From Candidatus Woesebacteria bacterium RIFCSPLOWO2_01_FULL_39_10 (GTDB taxonomy: Bacteria; Patescibacteriota; Microgenomatia; UBA8517), in contig MGHC01000037.1 of assembly GCA_001793015.1 (NCBI GenBank), forward strand, positions 85,877 through 129,446: 43,570 nucleotides of DNA. Direction: 5' to 3'. Shown one piece after another: positions 25,320-34,993 of the stretch; the first letter of the stretch is position 1; each line of letters starts with the position of its first letter. The translations under genes were made by a program, and so were the position numbers. Under the pieces are notes generated by a model. The model saw only the letters and a program-made list of their open reading frames with translations, was not told where the DNA came from and ran no database searches.

Positions 25320-25916
25320 TTAGTATTTTTCTTTTATGACTATCTTTTTATTTGCAGCCTGCCACAATTTCATATCCGCTTCTGTGTTCTTATTCAAAAA
25401 GCCAATAAAAAGATTTCTATAATTTTTTCCTGATGAAATTAAGGGATAAAGTTTTCGAATAATAATTTCTATAAGCCAAGTATAAAGTCCGATGTAAACC
25501 AGCCTTTCTATTCCTTTCGTATACTCGTCCACCAAAGCTTCTGTACCTCTTACTAATTCATATATATTTTTACTTTCACTTTTTACTCTAAAATCTTTTA
25601 TTTTCTTAACAACTTCCAAATGTTTAGGAAGAATATAAAGGCCGTACCATCTTTTAACGCTAAGAAACTCCCATATTAAAGATGTAAACAGAGCGACAAA
25701 AAGCGACAGCGAAATACGAGCAGGTAGATTGAGAGTTAAATTTGAGATAAGAATCCAAAGCAAGGTAAAAATAATTGCAGATTTTAAAATTAGCTTTTGA
25801 AAAAGAATCGATATAAATCCTGAAACATATCTCGGAACACGCAAGCTCCACTCAAGTTGAGAAACTGGGTTGCGATACCACTCAGAGTTAAGAAATCTTA
25901 ATCTTACATTTCTCAT
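25320..25916 (-). CDS. N-terminal piece of the same gene; hydrophobic/helical, family unassigned
   Basis: 198-aa ORF with an ATG in ATGA overlap with the upstream gene. Ends in an A-rich run (AAAAGAAAAATACTAA). Confidence 0.5.
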   Translation of the reverse strand: MRNVRLRFLNSEWYRNPVSQLEWSLRVPRYVSGFISILFQKLILKSAIIFTLLWILISNLTLNLPARISLSLFVALFTSLIWEFLSVKRWYGLYILPKHLEVVKKIKDFRVKSESKNIYELVRGTEALVDEYTKGIERLVYIGLYTWLIEIIIRKLYPLISSGKNYRNLFIGFLNKNTEADMKLWQAANKKIVIKEKY

Positions 25917-26818
25917 TTTCGCAGTCTTTTCACAATTCCCTTCTCCGCATCAACTTCGACTAAATCTCCACTTTTCAAGATTTTGGTTGCAGTTTGCGTT
26001 CCTACTATACAGGGAATATTCATTTCGCGAGCTAAAATCGCCGCATGGGAAAGTTTACCGCCCCAATCTGTAACCAAAGCCGAAACGTTCGGCATGTTAA
26101 CTATTAATGTAGGTGAAGTCATTTGTGTAACGAGTACGTCTCCATCTTTTAGACCCCTCAAATCTTCCGCCTTTTGAACGACTCTTGCGCGACCAACTGC
26201 CTTGCCTGAGGATGCAACAATTCCTTTTAATTTCTTCGACCTTTGTATAGGTTCTGCAAGAATAGTCTCTTTTTGGAATTTCTTATATTCCTGTAAAAGA
26301 TTTTTAAATCTTGTAACAACTCGTTCTTCGCCTCTTTTTGTTAGGGCCTGGATCATATCTTCAATAAATACAGTGTCTTTTTGAAGCCGTTCAATCCCTA
26401 GAGCGTTTTTTGTGCTAAAGGAAAGCAGTTTATGCAATTCTTCAATCGCTCCGATTGGCTTTTGAACCTTGATTTTAGTCCCATTAGGAAGTGTATACAG
26501 TTCAAATTTTCCTTCTTTTTTTTCAAATTCCTGATTCGTTGAAAGATTGATATCAAAATCATATCCAGTCTTCACTATTAACTTACGGAAATCTTCTCTA
26601 TAATTGGTACCGCGAGGTGGGTGAATTTCTATTCCTTCTTTAACTTCCCAAGGAATTTTATCTCTCGTAATCAAAATATTAAAATGCCCTTTTCGAACAT
26701 GTATATCGTAGCCTAGAAGTTTATATGCGTACCCAGCCACCAAAATCCACTGCGAACTGTTTATTCCCCATTTCTTTAATAATCTTTCCAGATCTTCTAA
26801 TACTTCTTCCAAATTCAT
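25913..26818 (-). CDS. two-domain protein: unassigned ~200-aa N-terminal domain fused to a PEP-utilising phosphohistidine swivel domain
   Basis: 301 aa. The C-terminal part is GDVLVTQMTSPTLIVNMPNVSALVTDWGGKLSHAAILAREMNIPCIVGTQ. In the N-terminal part, WILVAGYAYKLLGYDIHVRKGHFNILI loosely resembles a nucleotidyltransferase-fold strand-helix-strand but lacks the Asp pair. Confidence 0.7.
   Translation of the reverse strand: MNLEEVLEDLERLLKKWGINSSQWILVAGYAYKLLGYDIHVRKGHFNILITRDKIPWEVKEGIEIHPPRGTNYREDFRKLIVKTGYDFDINLSTNQEFEKKEGKFELYTLPNGTKIKVQKPIGAIEELHKLLSFSTKNALGIERLQKDTVFIEDMIQALTKRGEERVVTRFKNLLQEYKKFQKETILAEPIQRSKKLKGIVASSGKAVGRARVVQKAEDLRGLKDGDVLVTQMTSPTLIVNMPNVSALVTDWGGKLSHAAILAREMNIPCIVGTQTATKILKSGDLVEVDAEKGIVKRLRK
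25945..25966. repeat. 22-nt exact repeat (copy 2)
   Basis: Identical to 24653-24674. Both encode the ...LVEVDA.KG... C-terminal strand. Confidence 0.85.
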
Positions 26819-27939
26819 ACATTTAGAACACCCTTGTAAACATTAAGTGTTTCTCTTGCCATTTTTTTCCATGAGTATCTTTTTATAAACGCTTTAGCAT
26901 TAATAACAATAGCTTTTTTTTCCTCAATTGACATTTTCATGACGGTTTTCATGACTTTAATTAAAGATTCTACAGATTTTGGGTCAAAATATAATACGTT
27001 ATCTTTATATATTTCCCTAAATACGGGAATTTCTGATGCAAGAACTAAAGCCCCGAAAGCCATTGCTTCAAGTCCTTGAAGGCCAAAACCCTCAGAAAGT
27101 GATGGGTAAACAAAAGCAATTGAATTTTTGTAGAAGGTTTGTAGATTTTCATCCGGTACGTACCCCAATATTTTTACATAACCTTGTGCCTTTTCTTTAT
27201 CAATCAAAGTCTGCAGTCTTTCTATAAATACGTTTTTAGATCCTGCGATTGCGAATATAACTTTTGAGTCACCTTCCTTATTTATACCTTTAATCGCGTT
27301 TATAACTAAATCTAAATTTTTGTGCGGGTAGGCGTTTCCCACATAGAAAAAGTATTCACCAGTCTTTAATCCAAAGTTTGACAAAACATTATCTTCGCCA
27401 CTTTTTAACACTCTACTTGAACCCTCGTAAGTCATAACTACTTTGGTTGGATCTATCTTGAAGTACTCAACTATTTCATCCTTAACGGTTCTACTTGGAG
27501 TCAGAATTACTTTCGAATTTATAATCGCGTTTCTAAAAACTAACTTATATGGGACCCTCTTGAACAAATATTTATATCTTGGGAGAGTCGTTGCCTCTGT
27601 TCCTTGGCTATGCATAGTCATATCATGGGCGGTCACAACAAAATTACCTCTGTAAAAAATAGGAACATTAATATGAGGGAAGTGAACAAGGTCTGGTTTC
27701 TCATCATTTAGTAACTTAGGAAGCTGAATTTGCTCTTCGAAAGAGTAGTAGTGAATATCCGCTTGTACCTTCTTCCAATTATTGGGAAAGTTCAATTGAT
27801 CAAAGTAGTCTTTCTTAAGCAAAACTACATAATTATTCTGGTGATCAATTTCTTTAAGGTTTTCTATTAGATTAATAATATATCTACCAATACCTGAATT
27901 TTCTAAACCATACATTCTTGCGTCAATTAATATTTTCAT
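26815..27939 (-). CDS. GT4-family glycosyltransferase
   Basis: 374 aa. N-terminus MKILIDARMYGLENSGIGRYI and C-terminus PSLSEGFGLQGLEAMAFGALVLAS. Confidence 0.85.
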   Translation of the reverse strand: MKILIDARMYGLENSGIGRYIINLIENLKEIDHQNNYVVLLKKDYFDQLNFPNNWKKVQADIHYYSFEEQIQLPKLLNDEKPDLVHFPHINVPIFYRGNFVVTAHDMTMHSQGTEATTLPRYKYLFKRVPYKLVFRNAIINSKVILTPSRTVKDEIVEYFKIDPTKVVMTYEGSSRVLKSGEDNVLSNFGLKTGEYFFYVGNAYPHKNLDLVINAIKGINKEGDSKVIFAIAGSKNVFIERLQTLIDKEKAQGYVKILGYVPDENLQTFYKNSIAFVYPSLSEGFGLQGLEAMAFGALVLASEIPVFREIYKDNVLYFDPKSVESLIKVMKTVMKMSIEEKKAIVINAKAFIKRYSWKKMARETLNVYKGVLNV

Positions 27940-28847
27940 CGTTCCGTTATAAGAAGTTTTACAAAACGGATTATTTTTAAAGCCTTTATCCCAAAAAGCA
28001 CTAATAACATTAGAGGTAAAGGATATTTATTCCAAACTCTTTTTTTAACAAAAAGTTCCATCGAATTAACTCCTGATAATCTAAACTTTACTTTTTCTTT
28101 AAAAGGAATCTTCTTTTTAGTCTCATTGTTCTTTCCCTTCGAAGCTCCTTTAACATGAAGTGTCTCGACCTTAGGATAATACATAATTTTCCAACGCTTT
28201 TCTTTTATTCTCCAGGATAGGTCAATATCCTCAGCATCCAAAAAATAATCCTCATCAAACCACCCGACATCATCAAGTATCTTTTTTCGGGTTAGAAAAA
28301 ATGCTCCCTGTAGAGAATCAACCTCGTGTGTCGCATCCGGAGAAATGTACCCATACCAATATTGAGAGAAAAGCCTTGAATTCGGGAAAATCTTATCCAA
28401 TTTCAAGAAAAGATGTACCAATCCTGTCCAAGGGGTCACAAAAGACCGTCTTGCATCTTTGTCGGGCTCGCCATTAGGAAGAACTAGCTTACAAGTAGAA
28501 GCACCAACTGCTAGGTTTTTATCCATATAATAAATCATTTCTTTTAGAGTGTTTTTATAAACGACCGTATCCGAATTTAAAAATAAAATATATTCACCAT
28601 GAGCAAAATATCTAGCCTTATTATTTCCAGCTGCGAACCCAATATTTTGTTTATTTCGTATTATTTTTTTAACCCACGGAAAGTCTTTTTCCACCATCTG
28701 GGTAGAGCCGTCAGCCGAACCGTTATCTGAAATTATTACTTCAAACGAGACTTCATCACTTACTTTTTCTAAAGAAAGTAAACAGCTACGAAGCAGGTCT
28801 TTTGTGTTGTAACTCAAAATTACTATTGAGAGCTTGGTCTTTTTCAT
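27936..28847 (-). CDS. GT2-family glycosyltransferase
   Basis: 303 aa. LSIVILSYNTKDLL, SDNGSADGS, LNSDT (DxD-like). Confidence 0.85.
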   Translation of the reverse strand: MKKTKLSIVILSYNTKDLLRSCLLSLEKVSDEVSFEVIISDNGSADGSTQMVEKDFPWVKKIIRNKQNIGFAAGNNKARYFAHGEYILFLNSDTVVYKNTLKEMIYYMDKNLAVGASTCKLVLPNGEPDKDARRSFVTPWTGLVHLFLKLDKIFPNSRLFSQYWYGYISPDATHEVDSLQGAFFLTRKKILDDVGWFDEDYFLDAEDIDLSWRIKEKRWKIMYYPKVETLHVKGASKGKNNETKKKIPFKEKVKFRLSGVNSMELFVKKRVWNKYPLPLMLLVLFGIKALKIIRFVKLLITER

Positions 28848-30040
28848 TCCTTAGTTAAAAGTTCATTATAAATGGGATCATGAAGCTTAACTATAGACTC
28901 CCAATCAAAATATTTTGACACATGTTCTTTACCAGACTGCCCAATTTTTTCTGCAAGTTTTTTATTACCTAATAGTAGAATTGCTTTGCGAGCCAGATCT
29001 TCCGTAGTATTCCCGATAAGCACGTCTTTGCCATCCTTTAATTTCAAACCTGCAACTCCAACTGATGTTGAAACAACAGGCAGGCCTGCCGCCATGGCTT
29101 CCAGTATTTTCAGGCGAGTACCGCCCGAACCTTCTATTGGTGCAACCATTAAACTTGCACCACCGTACGCTTCCCTTGCGTCAGGTATATTTTCCGTGAC
29201 TTCAATATTTTGTCTACCAGCCTCTTTTTTAACCCATTCTGGAATCTTTCTTCCTACTATCCATAAACATGAACTCGGATATCTTTTCTTGATTATCGGC
29301 CAAACTTTTTTTATTAATATTTGGGTTGCTTCTTGATTCTGAAGCCACTCAAAGTTTGTTACTCCATAGAGGATTCTTTGTGGAGTCTTTTTCACAAAGG
29401 TCTTCTCTTTATAAAACCTTGTATCAACTCCATTTGGAATAATTCCAACTTCCTTTTTTGGAACAAGTTTCTTCATTGCCTTTCGGTCTTCTTCCGAAAC
29501 AGCAAAAAGCTTATCGGCTTTATTCCAATAATATTTTTCCCAAAGCATTATTTTGATTACATCTTGTAGGTAAAACGGACGTAAAAATAGTGGTACCTCG
29601 TGTATCACGTAATGCTTATACACTTCATGCCAGATTGTTTGTTCAACTTGAATAACGGGAACTTTAGTTTTTGGCAAATGCGGCATTACGTAAAATGTTT
29701 CGGCATGAATAAGATCGTATTTCTCACTTTCGAGTTCTTCTTTTATAGCTTTCTTTTCCTCTAATGACCGATTCCTAATAACCAAAAGTGGGTATGGTCC
29801 AAACACCGAAAGAAGTATATTTCTTACCGTCCAGGGTCTTTTAGGTCGAGTGAAAACCAATACTTTTTTGCAGTATTTTTCTAGTTCTGGAATAAACCGT
29901 TTTTCCGAGTCGTCCTTTATTAACGAGAAAAGAGTAATATCATGTTTTTTTGATAGATATCTGATGATGTTATACCAGCGAGTTTGGCCACCACTCATGG
30001 TGATTGTGGGAAGATAAGGAACAAGCATCAATATTTTCAT
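28844..30040 (-). CDS. GT4-family glycosyltransferase
   Basis: 398 aa. MKILMLVPYLP..SGGQTR N-terminus and GSGGTRLKILEAMAAGLPVVST. Confidence 0.85.
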   Translation of the reverse strand: MKILMLVPYLPTITMSGGQTRWYNIIRYLSKKHDITLFSLIKDDSEKRFIPELEKYCKKVLVFTRPKRPWTVRNILLSVFGPYPLLVIRNRSLEEKKAIKEELESEKYDLIHAETFYVMPHLPKTKVPVIQVEQTIWHEVYKHYVIHEVPLFLRPFYLQDVIKIMLWEKYYWNKADKLFAVSEEDRKAMKKLVPKKEVGIIPNGVDTRFYKEKTFVKKTPQRILYGVTNFEWLQNQEATQILIKKVWPIIKKRYPSSCLWIVGRKIPEWVKKEAGRQNIEVTENIPDAREAYGGASLMVAPIEGSGGTRLKILEAMAAGLPVVSTSVGVAGLKLKDGKDVLIGNTTEDLARKAILLLGNKKLAEKIGQSGKEHVSKYFDWESIVKLHDPIYNELLTKE

Positions 30041-31479
30041 TTGGCTTTGTGAAGATCAAGAATTACGTAAGATTGATTTTCGACTACAGATTCAAATTTG
30101 CTCATAAATTCCCTTGTTTGTGCGTCGTAGTTAACGGAAACGTAGTAGTCTGCGCCGTTCTCGATAAGTTCGGCTATTGACCTATCAACGTGTGGCCATC
30201 CCCAACGTTTTGTTTGATATAGAAATGCCGAGTCGCCATTATAGGGAGCCACGACTAATGCGTCTTTGGGGGTTAGTGAGTCAACTGCAAGACCAGCCAT
30301 TATTATTTCTGGGTGATTAACTTTATAAAATTCTTTTACCTGTAAAGCTGAGGTCAATATACCTATACCAAGTGAGAAAAAAAGTAACCCTCTAGAAACC
30401 CACTTGTTGAAGCTTTCAGACTCCCACATTATAAGAGTTCCCTGAGCCAATAACAAAGCAATCGAGGGAATAATTAAAGTTTGATAGTAATCATGGCGAA
30501 CGTTCGCAGTAGCAATTGTAGCTATAAAAATAAAGCACCCCAGAAAAAGAAAAATATTGAAATATGAGTCTTTCTTTCTTTTAAGTATTCCAAACGCTAG
30601 AGGAACCAAACCCCACCCACCCAGAATAAGGTGGCCAATCCTTTCCCCAAAAATCCATCTCCAAAAAGAAGGCCTAAAGCGGATACCATCACCATTAAAA
30701 GCCCATAAAAAGTGTGGAATACCTTCGGGATAGTTATTTATCCACGCTCTCCAGGATATAAAAGGAATAAGAATAATATCCATAAAAATTAGTAGTGGAA
30801 TAAGTAGTTTTGCTTTATTAAAGATACTTCTAACCCCGAATTTTTGTATCAATAGGTACATCATGGGAAGTGTGTAAAATATCACGAACGGCTTAACTAG
30901 AATTCCTAATGCGAGCAATACTCCTGAGACGTATAATTTCCAGTTATTTTTAGAATCTATAAAAAGGATAAATGCCCAAAGCGAAGTGACTGCAAACATG
31001 GTTGCCATAGGTTCAGGTAGTATTACTCTTGTAAAATAAACGTTAAAGGGTAAGACTAAATAGAAAAATACCGCGAGTATTCCACCTGTAGAACCTAAAA
31101 ACTTTCTTCCAATAAAAAAAAGGGCTAATCCTGAAATTAATGCTGAAAATATCGAGACAAGCCTTCCCCAAACTTCGAGAGATATTGCCGGCAAAGAGAA
31201 GCTAAGTGTTGCCTGGACAGCATTATACAATGGAAGTTCTACGAAGCGTAAACCTTCAGGATTAAATTTGCCTGTTTGAGTTGAAGATATATCGTGATAT
31301 CTAGGGTATAAAAGGTTAATACCCTCAGAAACGTAAGTTCTTGATACTGATGACGTATCTGCTTGTCTCCAGGAATGCCAATCTGCAACGGGATTATCTA
31401 TTTTATAAAGTCTCAATAATAAGCCCAATATAAAGGCTATTGATAATACAACATACCCTTTAAAGTTACCTTTTAGCAT
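30037..31479 (-). CDS. polytopic membrane glycosyltransferase, GT-C fold (ArnT/PMT-like)
   Basis: 480 aa with ~11-13 hydrophobic helices. First loop is ADWHSWRQADTSSVSRTY, as in ArnT/GT39/GT83-like proteins. Soluble C-terminal ~90 aa. Confidence 0.65.
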   Translation of the reverse strand: MLKGNFKGYVVLSIAFILGLLLRLYKIDNPVADWHSWRQADTSSVSRTYVSEGINLLYPRYHDISSTQTGKFNPEGLRFVELPLYNAVQATLSFSLPAISLEVWGRLVSIFSALISGLALFFIGRKFLGSTGGILAVFFYLVLPFNVYFTRVILPEPMATMFAVTSLWAFILFIDSKNNWKLYVSGVLLALGILVKPFVIFYTLPMMYLLIQKFGVRSIFNKAKLLIPLLIFMDIILIPFISWRAWINNYPEGIPHFLWAFNGDGIRFRPSFWRWIFGERIGHLILGGWGLVPLAFGILKRKKDSYFNIFLFLGCFIFIATIATANVRHDYYQTLIIPSIALLLAQGTLIMWESESFNKWVSRGLLFFSLGIGILTSALQVKEFYKVNHPEIIMAGLAVDSLTPKDALVVAPYNGDSAFLYQTKRWGWPHVDRSIAELIENGADYYVSVNYDAQTREFMSKFESVVENQSYVILDLHKAK

Positions 31480-31482
31480 AAA

Positions 31483-32865
31483 CTAAATATTATCCTCGTT
31501 AGAACGTTTTTCTGCCAAAGACACGGTAAATCCAATAATTAACCAAAAAATCATGGCAAATTTCGATGCCTCAAAAATGTCGATAAAGATCGCATTTGTG
31601 AGAATTCCTGGTAGGCTACCTGAAACACCTGCTAAAAAAATCAGCTCTATATCTTTAAAGTACTTAGTCAAAGGAAAGACTCTCAACAAAGGTACGCCAA
31701 TTCTAACTAAGATCGTAATAAAAGCGAGAGTTCCTAAAATCCCTAGTTCACCCAAAAGCCTTAGATAGTCGTTGTCTGTAGCTAGCGTGATGGAGGAATA
31801 GCCTGTCCCAAGTAAGGGGTTTTTGAAAAAAGCTCGAAGTGCTCTCGGCCATTCCACGTTAAGTCTTATGTTGGTTGACCTGTCTTCAAAAACTAGCTGC
31901 GGGGTTGGCGTAGGAGTTACCTTATCTCTTTTTATATCAAAATTATCTTGTGCATAAGCTGAATTTACATCTAACCCCAAATTTATTTGATGAAAATTAC
32001 CTACCCTGCCTTTAAAAACTTCAATAATTCTACCGTAACGTACCAACAAATTTGAAGAAAATCCCACGAAGATAAGACTTATAACTAAAACTATTGGTAT
32101 AGCTTTATACTTTTTTATTAAAATCAAACTTAGTATTGTTGAAAAAAGATAAGAAACAAGAGAAACTCTTGATGCAGTATTAACTAATAACCATAAGCCA
32201 GAGAAAGTTACAGTAGCTAAAGTTATTTTCATCCAGATCCCATTTAGTATAAAAAAGGAAGAAACTATTATCGGTAGTATCAATACTAAAAACGTTGCAA
32301 GATCGTAATGCCCAGCGAATGTCGAATTAATGTGACTTCCCGCTATCCAGCGTAGCGCAACACCTTTCGAATACTCCTCATTCTGGGTAATGATAATCGG
32401 CCATCCAAGAGATTTTTGACCAAAGCCATATATAAATACAAAAAAAACTACTATTAATAATATCTTAAAATAAAATATGAGATTTTCTCTATCCCTATGA
32501 ATTGCTTCTATTCCCAAAAATAACGGGATAAAATATTCTATCCTTCTAAACCAATGTAATAATCCTATATGAGGAACTACGGTCTGTGTCAAAAACACTC
32601 CCGAGAAAACTGAAACAAGACCTACTAACAAAAAGGATGTAATTGCTTTATATAAAGGTTTCTCTATTAAATTACCTATTTTAGGAATATATATTAAAGC
32701 CAAAATTATACTAGCAAATACAATCAGAAAATCCTCAAGTCTAATGGAAACAAAAGTGCCTGGGATTCTCAAAAAGGGAAATTTTGGATACAAAGGAACT
32801 GCAATTAAAATTGCGGCTACTGTGTATTTAATGAGCCCATCAAGCCACTTGGAATGCTTTTGCAT
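31483..32865 (-). CDS. O-antigen ligase/polymerase-like (Wzy_C family) membrane protein
   Basis: ~460 aa with ~11-12 helices and a larger loop near residues 290-360, which is the architecture of WaaL/Wzy-like proteins. The track start at 32898 is TTG. The ATG at 32865 (MQKHSKWLDG) is preferred. Confidence 0.55.
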   Translation of the reverse strand: MQKHSKWLDGLIKYTVAAILIAVPLYPKFPFLRIPGTFVSIRLEDFLIVFASIILALIYIPKIGNLIEKPLYKAITSFLLVGLVSVFSGVFLTQTVVPHIGLLHWFRRIEYFIPLFLGIEAIHRDRENLIFYFKILLIVVFFVFIYGFGQKSLGWPIIITQNEEYSKGVALRWIAGSHINSTFAGHYDLATFLVLILPIIVSSFFILNGIWMKITLATVTFSGLWLLVNTASRVSLVSYLFSTILSLILIKKYKAIPIVLVISLIFVGFSSNLLVRYGRIIEVFKGRVGNFHQINLGLDVNSAYAQDNFDIKRDKVTPTPTPQLVFEDRSTNIRLNVEWPRALRAFFKNPLLGTGYSSITLATDNDYLRLLGELGILGTLAFITILVRIGVPLLRVFPLTKYFKDIELIFLAGVSGSLPGILTNAIFIDIFEASKFAMIFWLIIGFTVSLAEKRSNEDNI

Positions 32866-33790
32866 AGACACGCCTCGCCTCCTTCTGTCCTGCGACAACC
32901 CCCAAAATAAAATATCTTGAGATAGAAGCTAACTTTAGCAATAATATCAAAATCGGATATTTCCAGTCTGAATAATGTTTCTTATAAAAATATTTCAAGG
33001 CTTTAAATTCACCAATGAGGCCACTTTCCTTGCCCACAGAGGTGCCTGCGAATTTTACTAGCTCACCCTTACTACTTGCTGTACCTACATGGAGTATCTT
33101 TGAGATAGGAACATACCATATCTGCCAACCCTTATCTTTTATTCTGTAACAATATTCAACTTCCTCTCCGTACATAAATATGTTTTCGTCAAACCCACCA
33201 ATTTCATCAAAGACTCGTTTTCTCAACAAGAAGACTGCACCCGAAACCCAGTCTTGCTGGTGGATTTTTTTATAAATAATTTTAGTAATAGGAATATGTG
33301 AACTTAAATGGTAAGAGCCAAAGAAAAGAGCAACTCCTGGAATATCATCCAAAAAGGCCGACCAAAGAAAAAGTCGAGCTAGATTGGGGAAATATCCTCC
33401 ATTAAGCTGTATCGAGTATCTAGGCCCAACAAGTGTACAACTGACAACCCCTGCTCTTGAATGGTTATCCATCCATTGAACCATTCTGGTTATAGAGTTT
33501 TCTAAGAGTTTTGTGTCGGAGTTAATAAGAAGTATATATCTTCCTCTCGCGATTTTCATCCCTTGATTATTTGCTGCACCAAAGCCTAAATTTTTATTGT
33601 TGCTGATTAATCTTAATAACTTGGCTTTTTTGCTGAAATTTTTAATCTCAGTCTTACTCCCATCCGTTGAAGCATTGTCCACCACAATAATCTCGTAACT
33701 TACCCCCCTTGTATTTTTTATTATTGAGGCGATACAATTCTTTAAAAGTTTTCTTGTATTGAAATTTACAATTATTACTGAGAGGTCCAT
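32840..33790 (-). CDS. GT2-family glycosyltransferase
   Basis: LSVIIVNFNTRKLL, VDNASTDGS, LINSDT. The track start at 33805 is TTG. The ATG at 33790 (MDLSVIIV) lies 1 nt after the upstream stop. Confidence 0.85.
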   Translation of the reverse strand: MDLSVIIVNFNTRKLLKNCIASIIKNTRGVSYEIIVVDNASTDGSKTEIKNFSKKAKLLRLISNNKNLGFGAANNQGMKIARGRYILLINSDTKLLENSITRMVQWMDNHSRAGVVSCTLVGPRYSIQLNGGYFPNLARLFLWSAFLDDIPGVALFFGSYHLSSHIPITKIIYKKIHQQDWVSGAVFLLRKRVFDEIGGFDENIFMYGEEVEYCYRIKDKGWQIWYVPISKILHVGTASSKGELVKFAGTSVGKESGLIGEFKALKYFYKKHYSDWKYPILILLLKLASISRYFILGVVAGQKEARRVYAKAFQVA

Positions 33791-33791
33791 T

Positions 33792-34343
33792 TCATTCTTT
33801 CTCAACTTTCTCTCTTAGTGAAACTAAGGATAAGCTTAAATTTCGCATCACTAATGGAATTAAAAATGCAATAGCAAGACCAACAGAAATTCTTACCCAC
33901 GGGCGGCTTGGTATAAAACGTACAGTTATTTTTTGTCTCCATTTTCTCCCTTCAATAAAAATAGTGTCCTTTTCCTGTTTAGGTTCAAAGCCATTTACAA
34001 ACAGTGATTCTCTTAGAGGATGAACTAATTCTTCTAAAAAAGTGCTCCTTGTTTGATCACGAATTTTCATCTGAGCTTCCTCTGGTGGGTAATTCAAACG
34101 ATAAGTCGGTAAGTAAATATTTAAAAATGGTGATCTTTCCAGTTGAACTTGGTAATGAGCTAAAACTTCTTCTCTTGTAAGGTTAGTAAAATATGCCCTT
34201 CTCAAAGGAGTTTCTGTATCACCCGGTTCATTTGATTGAAGTGCGTCGGAGGGCGGTGAAGGAAAAGTAGGTGGTGCTATAAAGAGATAGACAATAAAAA
34301 AAGTGCAGAAGATAAAATACAAAATTTTCACGATGTTTTTCAT
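33792..34343 (-). CDS. hypothetical bitopic membrane protein
   Basis: 183 aa. N-terminal TM (ILYFIFCTFFIVYLFI), a ~120-aa soluble part, and a C-terminal TM (ISVGLAIAFLIPLVM). No family recognised. Confidence 0.6.
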   Translation of the reverse strand: MKNIVKILYFIFCTFFIVYLFIAPPTFPSPPSDALQSNEPGDTETPLRRAYFTNLTREEVLAHYQVQLERSPFLNIYLPTYRLNYPPEEAQMKIRDQTRSTFLEELVHPLRESLFVNGFEPKQEKDTIFIEGRKWRQKITVRFIPSRPWVRISVGLAIAFLIPLVMRNLSLSLVSLREKVEKE

Positions 34344-34345
34344 AA

Positions 34346-34987
34346 CTACTGAAAAAGGCGTGCTCTGCCTAGTTTGTAATTCAGATCTTTTAACCCGCGT
34401 TCACCGATAATTTTTGCAGGCACTCCACCAACTATTGCAAAATTGGGTATATTTTTAGTAACAACAGCCCCCGCAGCAACGATAGCACCTTTGCCTATTT
34501 CTACTCCGGGTAATATTATTACTCTAGGTCCAATAAAGACGTAGTCACCTATCTTTACCGGTTCATTTGTGGCAGAGAACTGATGATCCTCAATATTATG
34601 CTCTGAGTTGTATATAAGCACTTGGGAAGCAATATCAACATGATTACCCACGGTAAGTTGCGACCTACCATCCAAAAATGCATTTTCTCCAATCTTTGAG
34701 TCTTCCCCAATTGTTATACCTCTCGGTTCAAAGAACTTACATCCCATATGAATTGTAGACCCATGACCAACTTTCACACCTGAAATCGTGAAAACTACCT
34801 TTCTTATGCTATAGAATGGTATGTGTAGGCTCACAAGATGTACTAAGAATAGTTTAAGGTCCAAATACCAGTTGCAGATCCTTGCTAAAATCTTTTTCGA
34901 CGCTTGAGTAGAAGTCAGTTTTTTTCCGTATTTGTCTGTAAAAATAACTCCTTGTGAGCTTATCTTTAAGTTTTCTTTATAAATCAT
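34346..34987 (-). CDS. hexapeptide-repeat (LbH) acetyltransferase, WcaF/sugar O-acetyltransferase-like
   Basis: 213 aa. Repeated [LIV]G..x motifs (ITIGEDSKIGENAFL, VGNHVDIASQVLI, VKIGDYVFIGPRVIILPGVEIGKGAIVAAGAVV). Confidence 0.8.
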   Translation of the reverse strand: MIYKENLKISSQGVIFTDKYGKKLTSTQASKKILARICNWYLDLKLFLVHLVSLHIPFYSIRKVVFTISGVKVGHGSTIHMGCKFFEPRGITIGEDSKIGENAFLDGRSQLTVGNHVDIASQVLIYNSEHNIEDHQFSATNEPVKIGDYVFIGPRVIILPGVEIGKGAIVAAGAVVTKNIPNFAIVGGVPAKIIGERGLKDLNYKLGRARLFQ

Positions 34988-34993
34988 AGTATT

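Larger units (their letters stand above)
24621..25916 (-). pseudogene. composite: PEP-utilising (swivel-domain) protein interrupted by two frame shifts (pseudogene, split gene or homopolymer sequencing error)
   Basis: Three consecutive ORFs in different frames whose products are collinear with one protein family. Both junctions lie where two frames are simultaneously open (25320-25347 and 24943-25022). Confidence 0.45.
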
